A stretch of 64,000 nt of DNA, from NCBI GenBank assembly GCA_035084275.1, contig CM068759.1, positions 1,426,001-1,490,000 on the forward strand. Direction: 5' to 3'. The DNA comes from Hydrolagus colliei (Eukaryota). The position numbers and the translations under genes are program-made. Below, in pieces: positions 36,313 through 49,048 of the stretch (positions are counted from its first letter, which is position 1; each line of letters begins with the position of its first letter). Below the pieces are notes generated by a model. That model did not search any database, had not been told where the DNA came from, and saw nothing but the letters and a program-made list of their open reading frames with translations.

Positions 36313-38114
36313 TCCTGTAATTAATGTCACTTTTGAGTCGGTGAATAGTTGGAAAAATGAGACTCAAAGAGCAGTGACGTTGGTCTTGGAAACACTGATT
36401 TGTTGGATAAAATGAAAGCATCTTTTGACAATATTCTATATTGACAATAATAATTCACTAAGCTGAAGAGGGTTGCAGAATAAAATTAAAGTATGGTCAT
36501 TAGGTTGAAAATGGGCTCAAAATGGAAACTTTCCTGACTTAACTTAGGTCCTTTAGCCTTCAATTGGACAGGAAACGCGCGTTTGTTCACCCTTACTCTT
36601 GAAGCATTCAGTGAATTACTGTTCAGGAATCCTGAATGAAACGTCTGAAGAGACTCGAAATGAAGAGCTCAGATTTAATTTAACACATAATAATCATTTC
36701 AGCTCATTGAGGATAAGAGTTTAGTTTGTAATTGTTATGGCTCTTTGTGGCACGTTCATGGGAAAGCCTGTGTGGGCACACTAACCAAAACAAAATGTCA
36801 AATGGAGCAAGAGAGTATACAGAAAAACAACGTTTCATTTAAAGGAGTGTTCCAGTGGTCAAAGTAGTATGTTTTCCTTTCTTCTGTATATTTGTTGAAT
36901 AATCCTCGAATCAACTTTTAAGTAAAAGTATGGCATTACAGTCACAGGACAAGTAATGGATGTCTCACATATAATTAGCTTTCGTTATAATAATCCTTGT
37001 GAATGTTTTCTTCCATCACTCACTGAAAGTACTCGGAGACACAGCGAAATCACTGATACAATCTGAGAGATTCTGTAAATGTATCTGACACTGCTGATTA
37101 TGTACTTTACAACTTAAAGAGGAACATTACTGTAAGGAATTGCTTTCAATATAAATTGCTACTTCCGCTAGGTACTGAATTTTGAAATAGTAAGGTATCT
37201 CACACAGTACCCTTACCTAGCAATAGAAAATCCTTTTACTGAGTAAGAGATAAGCCTTTTATAGTCTTCCTGTCCATCCTGCCTGTTCGCTCTAGCTCTT
37301 ATTACAAACAATCCACTATAACTGACTTCACCAGTAACTATAGTCGCTGAGCGGCCCTGCGAGGGACACACAGGATTGCGCAGAATTCAGAAGAATTCAG
37401 AATTCATATTTCTTTATGAAAGAAATATGTCTGCAAAGTAGGTGATGTACTTTATTTTTTGGGTGTTTTTGCAAGCGTTTGGAGATCCAGTGGGGTTCCT
37501 TCAAGGATCCCTTAATAAGAAATCGGAGTCTCTCAAATGAAGGAAAAAAAAATAGCAAAATACCAGGCCGACCTGCGGAGACACTGCTCAAAGGCAATCA
37601 CCTATCATCAAAAGGAATTGTAATGGAAGTTCTTTTTTCCCCCCCAAAAAAATATGGAATCCTTAAACAACATGGTTCTGAACTACCTTACTGCAAATAT
37701 ACACCCCCCACCAGTAATTTTGGCGGTGGAAATTTTCTAGACTTGTGTCGTTCTTTCAACTCACTTTGTAACATAGTGGTCGAGAGATGGTGTAGAGGAC
37801 GAGCCGTGTGTGACTTGTGCATTCTGTGTGCTTGCTGTGAGTGGGTCGAAGAGTTTGGAGTATTGTTGCTGTAAGAATTGGTTAGGCCTTCAGTCTTGAG
37901 TCCCTGCGAGGTAGCTTGACTTGGCTTGGATGCATTGTACCTGTTTAGTGTTCTGTAAAATCAATGTGCGTGCTCTTGCAGTATTGTCGATTGTACTTGG
38001 CAGGAGGTCAAGAATGTAAACCGGGTCTTGAAGAAGTTTTCCTATTCAACGTGAGTGAACGTATCATATTGATCAACTGAGTTTATATATTTAAAAAAAT
38101 CAGAGCACCTTCTG

Positions 38115-38172
38115 CTCACTGAAGTGAGACGATTGAGCTGGGCAAATGGCTCAATCCTTTCACTTCAGTGAG
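38115..38172 (+). repeat. 58-nt near-perfect inverted repeat (hairpin)
   Basis: CTCACTGAAGTGAGACGATTGAGCTG-GGCAAA-TGGCTCAATCCTTTCACTTCAGTGAG. 26-position stem with 3 G.U pairs and 1 mismatch. Confidence 0.9.
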
Positions 38173-38841
38173 TGTCTCACTGAACTACGGTGAGGAGGAG
38201 GAGGAGGAATGGGGGAGGCTTATTCATTTATCTTGTGTTCACATTTACCGAAGATGCTTGATGGTATCTTTGACAGCCTTTCTGGAGAAGTGACTATTGT
38301 TTATGCTGACAATACGGTGGGATATGTTTATTGGAAGTTCGTGTGCTTGACTGACTAATTTGAACTTTAAAATTTACAATTTGGGATAACACAGAGCTAA
38401 TAGTTCTGTCCCTCAAAATAATTCCTGGTATTTTACACTGTACTGTACCACATTTCAAAGACTAACAATTCTCAGTGATTCCAGTGAGACACAAAGGCAT
38501 CTAACAATCTTGATTTGAAGGTCAAGGCTCCAGAAAAATTTAAAAGCGGTAGTAAATAAGGTATTTACACCCAATTAATTATTATTTCTTAATGTTAGAA
38601 TCGCCTTCTTCATTCAATTCACCTCAAATGTACCCGCATTGAATCTTGTTTGTGTAAAGAAACCAAACACACCAAGATTAAGTGAAGTATGACCGATACA
38701 TCCCAAGGTCATGACTTGGTCTTGCTGACATTAGAAAATCAACATTTGTTCGCTTGTGTTTAGAAATGGTGATGAAACTCTTCATTTGGTAACTTTATGA
38801 ATCAATCCTGTTGTTTGTAACTTGTTTTCTGTGATGTATGG

Positions 38842-38998
38842 TAATAATAATAATATACTCCTTGTATTTGAGACACCTCAAAGCGCTTCGCAGAATATAA
38901 TGTAAAGTGAATTGATTATTTTTGTGGGTGAAACGCAATTGCGCACAGCAGTGTCCCGCAAAAAGGCGTGGATTGAATAACCAGTTTATTATTATTCA
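38842..38998 (-). mobile_element. Internally deleted SINE 3' half
   Basis: Family motifs with deletions. Confidence 0.8.
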
Positions 38999-40021
38999 TT
39001 TTTTTAGTAGAATAGCAATCCATGAATATTAGTGGACATAAGTGGAATGTTAAGCAAACCAATGTACTTTGATGTTTTGTTAAATATGTGTACGGCAATC
39101 AAAGCACCTGACGAATGTAGACCTGAAAACCAAACCTACTTTAAACCACAATTGGCACCTCACTTAAAGAAAACTGGCAAGTCCATTTGAATCAAAGGTA
39201 CATTTACAGCCCGTCTTTCAAATATTTTACATACAGCTGTGCTAACATTTGGCGCTGTGCTGCACTGTCATTTCTTATCTAGCAGAGTTACATTAAATGT
39301 AACGTAGTTTAAGCTCGATCCTGGAGAAGGCTGACTCTTGGAATTTGTAAGGTGCAATAATGCTGAGTTTTAGTCATCTCGAAAATTCTGCATTTTAGGT
39401 TCGTCAAAAGGTCACCTTTCCAAACAAGCTGTTACTTTGAGTTACGAACCGTAGGCATTTATCTCAGAATAACTTTGAATATGGTCGGGCTGTGCCATAG
39501 AGGTGCTCATAGATAAAACCCTAGGAAATGTCACAGAGAAACTCCTTTTGTTGCTACATCTAGTGATTTTTGGTGGGGGTGGTGGGCGTGCTCTGGGACG
39601 CTACACCATGTGAAAGCCAAATGTACGTTGTTATTGTTGTTGCTGCTGCTTCAAAGTTGTGCGCTTACAAAGCTTGTGGATGGACTCCAACGGGTACTGT
39701 GCTATCAGTGTTACTTTAAACCATTGCTTGTTAATAATTCAACAACGTGGTAAGAAACATGTAAAAATTGATCAGTATGTTTTAACGTGCCTGCTGGGAA
39801 GATCAGCTTTACTTTGAAGAAATGATCTGTCGAACACCAAAACCATGTTCCAGAGTTAACGCCAGTGTCTGTGTTAAGGTGGATTACAGAAGTAAGACTT
39901 CTAGACAGTCAAAACGCACGTTTGTTTGCAAACTCTGTGACTTATCAGCAGAGACAGAAGGATCTGGGTATATTTACATTGCAGCGGAGAAGCTTTGAGG
40001 GAGCCCTGATCTGAGCCTTTA

Positions 40022-40348
40022 AATGATAATGATAATAACGCTTGCATTTGATATAGTGCTTTTCTTATTGGTGTCTCAGATTGCTTCACAGAATGTACTG
40101 TGAATTGAATTGACTGTATATTTGTGGGCGAAACGTGGCAGCCAATTGTACACAGCAGTGTCCCACAAACAGTTGTGGATTGGAATGACCAATTTTTAGT
40201 ATTGTGGGTTTTTTTTTGGACGGATTATTATTAGGCGTGTGTGTGGAGTAAGGAAACTGCCCAAGGTTTCGCCCTGACCTGCCTGGATTCGAACACAGGT
40301 CTCACGCTTGTAAGGCGAGTGCTCTAACCACTGAGCTACAGGAGCTCC
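40022..40348 (-). mobile_element. Full-length tRNA-derived SINE, best-preserved head
   Basis: Reverse: GGAGCTCCTGTAGCTCAGTGGTTAGAGCACTCGCCTTACAAGCGTGAGACCTGTGTTCGAATCC. Intact A and B boxes. Confidence 0.94.
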
Positions 40349-40409
40349 AAATTTATGAGTCCTTTTGATAGAATAGATAGAGGGAAAATATTTCCATTGG
40401 TTGGTGTGT

Positions 40410-40690
40410 CGGTGACTTAAGGGCATCAATGTAAAATAATCAGAAATGCGGCAAAGCAGAGATTAGGAGGAACTTTTTCTACGAAGAGAATTGTTGGGAG
40501 GTGAAATGCCATTGCAGGATTTGATGGGTGATGCAGAAACCATATTGGCTTTCAAGAACAAATTAGATAAATGACTAAAAAGGAGTTATTTACAAGGACA
40601 TGAGGAAAAGGCAGGTAAATTGGCTAAAATAGATTGTTCCTTCGTGATGGACTGAGTGGACTACTGTACTGTAATTTCCTGTAATTCTAA
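40410..40690 (+). mobile_element. CR1-type LINE 3' end
   Basis: Decayed RRNFF..RIV...FKNKLD coding motif followed by a GATGGACTGAGTGG...AATTCTA tail. Confidence 0.7.
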
Positions 40691-41084
40691 AAGAACTATA
40701 AATCTATAGATACAACAATTGGTTAGCAGGGTTCCACTAGATTACCTAGTACTGTACAGTGTTGCTGAATATGTAACTGTGCTGGTAGGTGGCATAATTT
40801 ACTTTGGGATTTGCAGTGATCAATTCAAACCAATATTTGGTTGTAGAGTGAGCCAGGCTGCCAGACAAATTACACTGTCAACTCTATGTTCCAACTCTGG
40901 TAGGAATGGACTAGAACTTTGTGTCGGTGCACCGAATTCTACGCAGTGAACTCTGTTAAGTGGAACTCAGCGCTGGGTCAAATTAAAATGTTCTTAAAGA
41001 CTCGGGGGAGTCTTGACAATTCCTTAGTAATGTTCGAAACCTGAAGAGTGACCCATTGGACAGACTCAGAACTGCAGGGTTTTC

Positions 41085-41236
41085 ATAATAATAATATAAC
41101 AATACTTGCATTTGATTTTGCGCCTCATCATGTCTTCGAGACGTCTCAAAGCGGTTCACAGAATGTAATGTGAAGTGAATTGAAGGCAAGTCAATTGCGC
41201 ATAGCAGGTGTCTCACAAACAGTTGTGGATTGAAGT
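41085..41236 (-). mobile_element. SINE 3' half
   Basis: Family tail and body motifs. Confidence 0.82.
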
Positions 41237-41799
41237 GTGTGTGTATGTGTGTGAGGAAGTCTAGATCATTTGTACATTGTTTTGAAAAATAACTGCATCA
41301 GAACAGTCCAAAAGTGTCTAGATCAAGGTCTGAATCGTTCAAACCCTTCAATGAACGTAAAGCAAGTGTTTAGTGATAAACTGCTGACCACTGAACAGAG
41401 AAAGCACGCAGCAGAGACGTACGGTCTAAACAGAAATCTATCATCGTTTAAATCAACTGTTGTCAGAGCTTCTAATTGACCAATCGAATATTATCATTCC
41501 TCTGCAGATATAGAGTAATGTATTTAATATTAAAATATGTTTGTTGCAAATCGATCTTGGCTGACGTCATGAATATCTAATTTAATGCCTTTCAATATGG
41601 GATTTACCGAGGATAAAGCTTTAGTATTTGACATACTGTGCCTATTATCCACTTTACTAACCATTTAACTAACTTTTCAGTCCAGTATCTCAAGCATGTC
41701 TTGTGGACACTGAGTGAGAGCATGAGATACTAACTATTTAGGCGTTTAGAATTGCTTCTGTAATCCTGTCTTGTTTATTATAAACATTCGCTTCATGGC

Positions 41800-41945
41800 C
41801 CTTTATGGAACGTTGCTGCGCATAAATTGGCAACCGTGTTCTCCCTACAAAATACAGTCATTACACTTTACAGTAAATCCTGTGTTTTAAGACATTCTCC
41901 TGATGTGAAAGGTCCCATCAAATCAAATGCAGGCATTATTGTAAT
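41800..41945 (+). mobile_element. Older SINE 3' half
   Basis: TTGCTGCGCATAAATTGGCAACC...ATCAAATGCAGGCATTATT. Confidence 0.7.
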
Positions 41946-41976
41946 TATTTTACCGCATGTAATCAGAATATGTTTA

Positions 41977-42275
41977 ACAACAACACAACCAAACTACATT
42001 TGTACAGCGATCTTCACATCGGGAGGATGTCCCAAGGTGCTGAACAGCTGGGGATCAGGCACCAAACGAATGGGTGGGTGTTCGGGGGGGGGGGGGGAGT
42101 GGGGGAGTGGGGTGGTGGGGGGTAGGGTTGGGGTGAGAGAGGCTGAAAGCACAGTCCAAAAGGAGGGTTTTGAGTTGTACCATGAGGGAGGTAAGGGAGG
42201 GAACAAGGTGAAAGGATCGTGAGAGTTCCAAAGGGTGGGGGCAGAGAGGCTGAAAGGTCGGCTGCCGATGGTAGG
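41977..42275 (-). mobile_element. L2 LINE 3' end
   Basis: Reverse-complement homologue of 44740-45015. Confidence 0.85.
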
Positions 42276-42319
42276 ACTTTATGGCTTTTAGGGGTTCACA
42301 TCAATCCATCGCAAATATA

Positions 42320-42525
42320 TCGCCCACATGTATACAGTCGAATTCACTTTGCAGTAGATACCTGTACTGTGAAACACTTTGAGATGTCTAGAAGACGTGA
42401 AAAGCGCTGTATCCAATGCATTATTATTGTTATCGAATACTGAAGCCCATTGGTACAAACACAGCCGCCACTGATTACATTTGTATAGCGCCCTTCAGGT
42501 CGGGAGGACGTCCCAAAGCGCTGAA
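42320..42525. mobile_element. SINE tail (+, 42320-42432) and L2 tail (-, 42475-42525)
   Basis: Terminal motifs of both families. Confidence 0.8.
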
Positions 42526-43019
42526 ACTAGCGTGGGTTTTCAGTGCCGACAGACACACTGGCATATCTGCGTTGCTTTGCGCTCGGTTATCAAGTTTGAG
42601 CATCGCACCCGTGGCTGACGAGTTTAGGAAATGCCGATGGAAATTTAACTTCCCAGTAAAAGTAACTTACCAGCCTCATTAACCCTATCAAGTCATCACG
42701 TAATATTGCCGCACTTTGATTCCAACAAGGTGAGGGGAGAAATGCGGTGTGTGATGCGATAGGTATCAAGGTATGATCCTTAGATCACGTACCACAAGCT
42801 ATAAAGATTCAAACGAACTGAAACCAACACATATCAAGTTGCCTTTTTTTACACACCTGATAGAATTAACCGTACAAATGCATTGGAGGCATTATACTGT
42901 AACTCTAATGATTTTTTTCACAGACTCTTGCATGGTCCAATGAATGTGATCACCCCTACACACATCATTTTCACAGCCCGAAGTTGCAGAGTGGAGGGCG
43001 TGAGCTGAAGACTAGAGTA

Positions 43020-43282
43020 GGAGATAATCACAGAGATAGGGAGGTGCTAGGAAGTTAACTGGTTTATTGGTGATGAAGTTGAGTACCTTAAAATTGATCC
43101 ATGGGGCCTATAGGTAGCCAGTAGAAACCAATGAGGATTTGGGGCAATGGGAGTGTGGAGTTTGGTGAGGGTGAGGAGGCAAAGCTCTGGGCTTTGAACA
43201 AGGATCTACTTCAACAACAACCACAACCACAAAATTACACTTGTATAGCACCTTTCACGTCAGGAGGATGTCCCAAGGTGTT
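43020..43282 (-). mobile_element. L2 internal fragment plus separate L2 tail
   Basis: Reverse strand encodes frameshifted TPIAP..YWLPI..INFKVL, like the L2 HITP.L..LHWLP...RI.FK motif. Tail at 43213-43282. Confidence 0.7.
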
Positions 43283-44304
43283 AAAAGGATCCTAACTTGA
43301 TTTCAGGCCATTGAAAGATTGGATAGGCAACTCGCAAACCAAAATACTGTACGTTACACGTGCGGGAAATTACATTTCAAAGGGAATCCAATAAAGACAA
43401 AATATAGTACAGTACTGTACTAGGAAAAGTATCACTTTGCAGGACCGAAATCCAATGCAACAGTATAAATGATTGATTTAAGGAAACCCTGAGGTGATAT
43501 TTGTGGAGTTTCTTAACAAGTTCCTCGTGTTAATTATCGATGAGTTTTAAATTCTGTAGATGTCACCCCCCCCCCCCCCCCCCCCTATATTGTGGCGACG
43601 TCGTGTGATAATTTGCCACGATTTGAGTCCTGAAATGCAGTTTTTTTTTTCTTCTTCTAATTTTCTCTCTTGTTCACAACAAAACCCAACAAAAAAAAAG
43701 TAACCCGTCTCCGAGCTTCGGGATGAGCCGTCACCTGGAAGCTGCTTCACGGTACAGTACCCATGCGGAAAGAAAGCCCTTCAAGTAAAATTCAGGGGGA
43801 GATTTGAGCAGCACCATCGCTGAGCCACAAACATGGAAGAAGCAGCGAGTGGCTGGATCGGAGAGTGGACTGCGTACCATTATACGGGGCGACCACCGCA
43901 AGTGTGTTTAGAGTCTGCGAGTTATCAGACATGCCGGCGCGGACGCTGTCAGACACTGGCCTGCTGAAGCAGCTCATAATCCTCTTCCAGCAGACTCTAG
44001 GGATCGTTCATGGGCGACCGCCCTGAAACGACTGACTTGTCATCCGACCTGAGGTGGCAGAATCTAGTTAATAGTCACTCCCTCCCAGTGAGCACGCCTT
44101 CCGATAGTTGATGCTGTCTCGCCTCGACCTCCCGAGTCTCATCGCTGCCCTCTGATACGGAATTGAATTCCTCTGGAAAGAGGTGAAGTTGGAGACCTAT
44201 AGAGAAAAAAAACGACGCAGTAATAATAATACTGACAATAACAACAAAATTACATTAATAGAGCGCCTTAGACGTTGGGCGGACGTGAAATAATAATAGG
44301 AACT

Positions 44305-44500
44305 AGTAATAATAACACTTGCCTGTGGTGTTTTGCCCTCGAAACATCTCAAACTGCCTCACAGGATTTTACTGTAAACTGTAGTGACTGTGTGTTTGGA
44401 GGCCAATACAGCCAGCCAACTCGCCCGCCACGATGTCCCTCAGAATCGATCAGTGACTGATCAACTTGAGAGGACAGTTGGCCAGGACCCAGGGAGAAAC
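44305..44500 (-). mobile_element. Old Deu-domain SINE fragment
   Basis: SINE tail followed by TTGGCCAGGACCCAGGGAGAA, which is absent from the young family. Confidence 0.6.
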
Positions 44501-44739
44501 TGTGTATTGTACCACTGTATATTATTACATATCATAGTCATGCATCTCCACTGTCAACTGCTCTGGGATGTGAGGGGGGGGGGGGGGGGGGGGGGCTGGC
44601 GTTATATAAACGCAAGCTGTTGTTGTAATTTGTAGAATTGAGCGATTTTTAGGAGCTTCGCTGAGATACAGAACAAACAGGGCCGAACCTTTTAAAAGCT
44701 ATCGCTGGTTGGGCGAGCTGGTTAGGGGAAGAAGGGAGG

Positions 44740-45015
44740 CGTACCATCGGTGGCCAGGCTTTCAGCCTCTCTGCCCCCCGCATTCTGGAACTCCATCCCG
44801 CAATCCCTTCGCCTCGCTTCCTCCTTCAAGGCCGGTCTCAAGACCTTCCTCTTCGACCAGGCCTTCTGCTCTCCCCCCTCTCCCATTCTCCTCCCCCCCC
44901 ACTGTCCCGATCCCTTCCCCATCCCGTTCGGTTCCCGACCTAACCGTTCAGCGCCTTGGGACATCCTCCCGACGTGAAAGGCGCTCTATATAAACGTAAT
45001 TTTGTGGTTGTCGTT
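44740..45015 (+). mobile_element. L2 LINE 3' end with ORF2 C-terminus
   Basis: Encodes WNSIPQSLRLASSFKAGLKTFLFDQAF, the typical L2 WN.LP...FK..LKT.LF end, then the terminal stem-loop and (TTG)-type tail. Confidence 0.9.
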
Positions 45016-47194
45016 ATATCCTGAAACAGCCAGTTATTCAAACAGAGTCTCTGTTGATTTCGTGGGAAATGTGCAAACTGACTGCGGAGATACTCCACAC
45101 TGTTAACAGGGACAGGGAGTGAATATTGCCCTTGCAATCAGTGCAAAAATTATTGCGACCATGTGGTTTCAGTTTGACACTAAAATGTCTGAATGAAGTT
45201 GACCTTTTTTTTTGTAGGCGAGCAGTAAGGCATGCTCAGAGATACCACCACATTACTAACGGGGTAAATGTAGTCAAATATCAAAGCCGTTGCATTACCC
45301 GGGGGGCGGGGAGGGGGTAAGCTCTCCGCTTTAACTGCTTGACTAACACGAAAGGGGTGACGGGACAAAGTTAATATCACGCTGCCGTTGTATACTTTTA
45401 TGTTTTACGCCATTGTTTGACGACAATGCACTATTATAGCCAATTAACACATTCTTTTTCGTTGTTTTTCTCCCCCCCCCCCCCCCCCCCCCACTCCCCC
45501 CCCCCCCCCTTTCCCCCGTTATTGTCCTACAAACTGGTATTGTTTTTGGTTCAGCGAGCAAGCACAGAGCCCCAGCGCCATGTGGGCTCCTGAAACAGTT
45601 GGCTGCAGTTCAGCGCATTAGAATAGGGTGTTCGTTGTGAAGTGTGCGTGGCAAGCTGCACTTTTATTTGAGTGCATTCCCAGATAGATAGCGTAAGCCA
45701 GCGCATTAGAAATGATTAAAGCGCAAAGATCCTCTACGTTAACTGCGGTTCCGTGCTCGCATTTAATCTGGCCCGATCCCTCGCCCTCGGATAGAATAGA
45801 GCTCATGCGCTCTTCAATGGCATTCCATTCTATCTTTGGTTTAGAGCTCTTCCCAACCTTTTTTCTATTCTTTTGCAGTGTTTTTCTCTGTAGTGTTTGG
45901 TTGAAAGACCCAGTGTGTGGTTTCCTTCACTCCTAATTACTGCTTCAGCAGATTAAAGTGTTTGGCAGTGGAGGGGGAGGGGGAGGACATGGTCTTAATT
46001 TGCATCTCAAGCTAAATCTGAATTTGGAAGCAGGACATTATGCTTCCATCGCTGCTCCGAGCTTGTGTTCAACATTTTACTCCTTTCTCTCTCTTGCATA
46101 ATAGATGTAATGGATTTTTTTAAAAAAAAGAAGAGAGAAGCATTTCACAGTTTATTGGAGGGTATAAACTTATATTACCAGCACAATACACAGCATTTGA
46201 TAATCATAAATACGGGACTCTATGACAAGGTAAAGGTTTCTCACTTGGTTTAGATCAATCCGATTGATTTTGCAGGAATATCTATGCCGGAATAAATTGG
46301 GCTGAATCTATTTCAAACATATTAAATAGCAAAGCAAGTAGCAGACCCCAGTTAAAGAAAACATCTAGTCCGAACTCATCTGATACAAGTGAGGAGCATT
46401 AATACTAACAAATTCAAGAGGCTGTATTGGTTCCATTTAAAGTTACTACCAGTTAGATTTCCTGAAATGGTGACAACACCAAAGAGCAGTAATTTGCATT
46501 TATATAACGCCTAGAGTTTTTACTAGTATCCTTTACCTTTAGTGGGCAACACACATGCGAATATGATTTACGTAATAGCTCCCATCATGATTCTTAGTCG
46601 TAAATTAGAATACAATCAGCAATGAATTTAATATAGTTTCTTAAAAACGAATTACATTGATTGGATGCGGTCAGTGTCTCTGTGGTAGAGCACCCAGAGC
46701 TGGCAAAGTGGAAATATACCGTTGACTTTGCAGCTCTGCATTGATTTTGATCTATACCCTTTGTAAGTAAAGTGGAGCTCTGCGTTTAGACAATTAAATA
46801 CGCTTACTGACGCTCGATTGGCATTTAATTGCTACATTTATCAGCCACCCATCCCCCACTTTTTAATAACACTCAAGAACTTTCAAATTTCCGCTCAACG
46901 TTTTGATGTTTTATTTTTGCATTGGGTGCACTCCGACTCCAAATTACCGCCGGAGCCAACGCAAAGTAATTCCCTAACTGGGGAGAGCGAGAGAGAGAGA
47001 GAGAGAGAGGCTCACATCCACTTGCACAAATCTCGTTACGCAATCATCCAACTCAAACCGTATCAAATCAAATCAAGGCAAGCTGCAGAGTTATTCGTGG
47101 CGAAAGACAACTGTGATTTGGGGAGTCTCGGACAAACCTGCAAAATAAATTGCTCGAAAACCACATCCCTCTTTCTTGTAATGTAATGTGGCCG

Positions 47195-47470
47195 ACATAG
47201 GAACAGGAGTAGGCCATTCAGCCCCTTGAGCCTGCTCCGCCATTCTCTTAGCCAATGTGCACCTCAATTCAATCACCCCGCCCTATGCACCATATCCCTT
47301 AATACCCTGACCTAACAAAAAAAAATCCATCCACCTCAGTCTTGAAAATTATGAACGGAAGCCACTAAACCATCATCCCACTTATACCTTTGTGTGCAAA
47401 AATGCTTCCCAAATAATTTCACTCCTAAATGGGCTGAGCTCTAACTTTTTTTTTAAGACGATGGCACCCT
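47195..47470 (-). mobile_element. CR1-type LINE 3' end
   Basis: ACATAGGAACAGGAGTAGGCCATTCAGCCCCTTGAGCCTGCTCCGCCATTC. Confidence 0.82.
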
Positions 47471-47847
47471 CCCCCCCCCCCCCTCCCAACCCACCCCCTG
47501 ACCCCTAATGTTTGTGAACGAGGCTTGACGTGACGTGTACAGCTGAAGTCTGTGCCGCCTTTTAGCGCAGTGCAGTCGGGAGTGGCAGTTCGACGAGAGA
47601 TAATACCGTTGATGGCCGTACGCTGTAACTGTTTGGAGAAGTGTGGTGTCTATACTGTATATCTATAGAAATATATATATACATGGGCATTGGCAGGTTG
47701 GACTCAGTACAGGCGACATCATGCGTGTGCCTGAACAGCTTCTCCTCCTGTGTGTATTGGCATGAATTTCACAGAGTTTCTTTCGCTCGCCTGGAGTTAA
47801 TGTTGATTGGACCAGCTGCTCACTTGGATTCACCATGACAACCCGAC

Positions 47848-47864
47848 CGGTTGCTTGGCAACCG
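47848..47864. promoter_or_regulatory. Palindromic RFX X-box
   Basis: CGGTTGCTTGGCAACCG, with a second half-site CCATGACAAC just upstream. Confidence 0.55.
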
Positions 47865-48096
47865 TCTTCTTTTTAGGGACAGACCCAATACTCTACAGGC
47901 TCACTCGAGTGCGGAGCGAAATTCCCCAGTTTTGGTTTTGCAGATGTCTATAAATAATGACATAGTTATAGTCTGGTCAGACGGCAAAAGCCTACACGGT
48001 AGTCGGGTGGGGTGCGGATGGTGGGGAGGAAGTGGGGAGTTGGGGGTGAAGGATCGGTGGGAAGAGCGGATTCAGCAGATAGAATATTATGCGTAG

Positions 48097-48280
48097 AAAT
48101 TGGTCCATGACTTATTTGTGTGGGGGACGCTGCCTGTGCGCAATTGGCTGCCGCGTTTCGCCCACAAATATACAGGCAATTCGCTTTACGGTATATTCTG
48201 TGAAGCGCTTTGTGGCATCTAGAAGTCGTGAAAAACGCTATATCAAATGCAAGGATTATTATTATTATTATTATTATTAT
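48097..48280 (+). mobile_element. SINE 3' half
   Basis: GTGCGCAATTGGCTGCCGCGTTTCGCCCACAAATATACAG...(ATT)n. Confidence 0.9.
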
Positions 48281-48589
48281 ATTGAAGCTTTTCGAACCCA
48301 CCTTGTCCTATTCAGCAGCGTTTCTTTATTTCCTCGAAGTCGCTGACACAATTTCGTCGTGAATTAGCATCAACGGTTAGGGAAATGTGATTGCGTCAGT
48401 AAAGCCTGAAGATTTCTCAGCTGAAAAGTTCACGTGGCAAGGTTTGCTTTTACTGCGTTTGGTTTTGCTGCGTCACCACGTTCAGATACTTGGATGTCAA
48501 ACCTCGGGCCTGAAGCCGGTAGAAACAGGACACATTTTCACCCTAAAGTTACCAGCTACCAAATGATGTCTGTCTCGATTCTGATGAGA

Positions 48590-48892
48590 TAATAATAATA
48601 ATAAACCTTGCATTTGATATAGGGCCTACGCACATCCGAAAGGATTTAGTGTGAAATGTCTTGACTGTGTAATTTGTAAGCAAAGGCAGCAGCCATTTTG
48701 TTCACGGCATTGTCTCACCAAGAACCATCGACCAATTCTACGTGGATCATTGTTGGCCTGGACACTGGGAGAATCTCCTTTTCTCTCTTCAAAATACTGA
48801 CATGGGTTCTTAAATGTCCGTTCAAGATACCGTAGCACCTTCGACAATGCAGCACCCATCACCAGCACTGTCTTGGGGAGTGTCGACCTAGG
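48590..48892 (-). mobile_element. Old SINE with extended Deu domain (SacSINE1/AmnSINE1-related)
   Basis: GGCCTGGACACTGGGAGAA...CTTCAAAATACTGACATGGGTTCTT...GCACCTTCGACAATGCAGCAC...GGGAGTGTC matches the recalled Deu core. Confidence 0.7.
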
Positions 48893-48980
48893 CGAGGAGG
48901 CTAAAGTACAACACTGTAGTATGAATCAGCCTCCGAATGCTGTTATTTTAATCCACTTTGTGTCGTTCATTTCAATAGTC

Positions 48981-49048
48981 AACAACAACAACAACAAATT
49001 ACATTTACAGAGCGCCTTTCACGTCGGGAGGACGTCCCAAGGCGCTGA
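48981..49048 (-). mobile_element. L2 3' tail
   Basis: (AAC)n AAATTACATTTACAGAGCGCCTTTCACGTCGGGAGGACGTCCCAAGGCGCTG. Confidence 0.85.

Noticed and set aside
40275-40348. tRNA-Val(TAC)-like gene
   Set aside because: It has A and B boxes but no closing acceptor stem or poly-T terminator and runs into the SINE body, so it is a SINE head.
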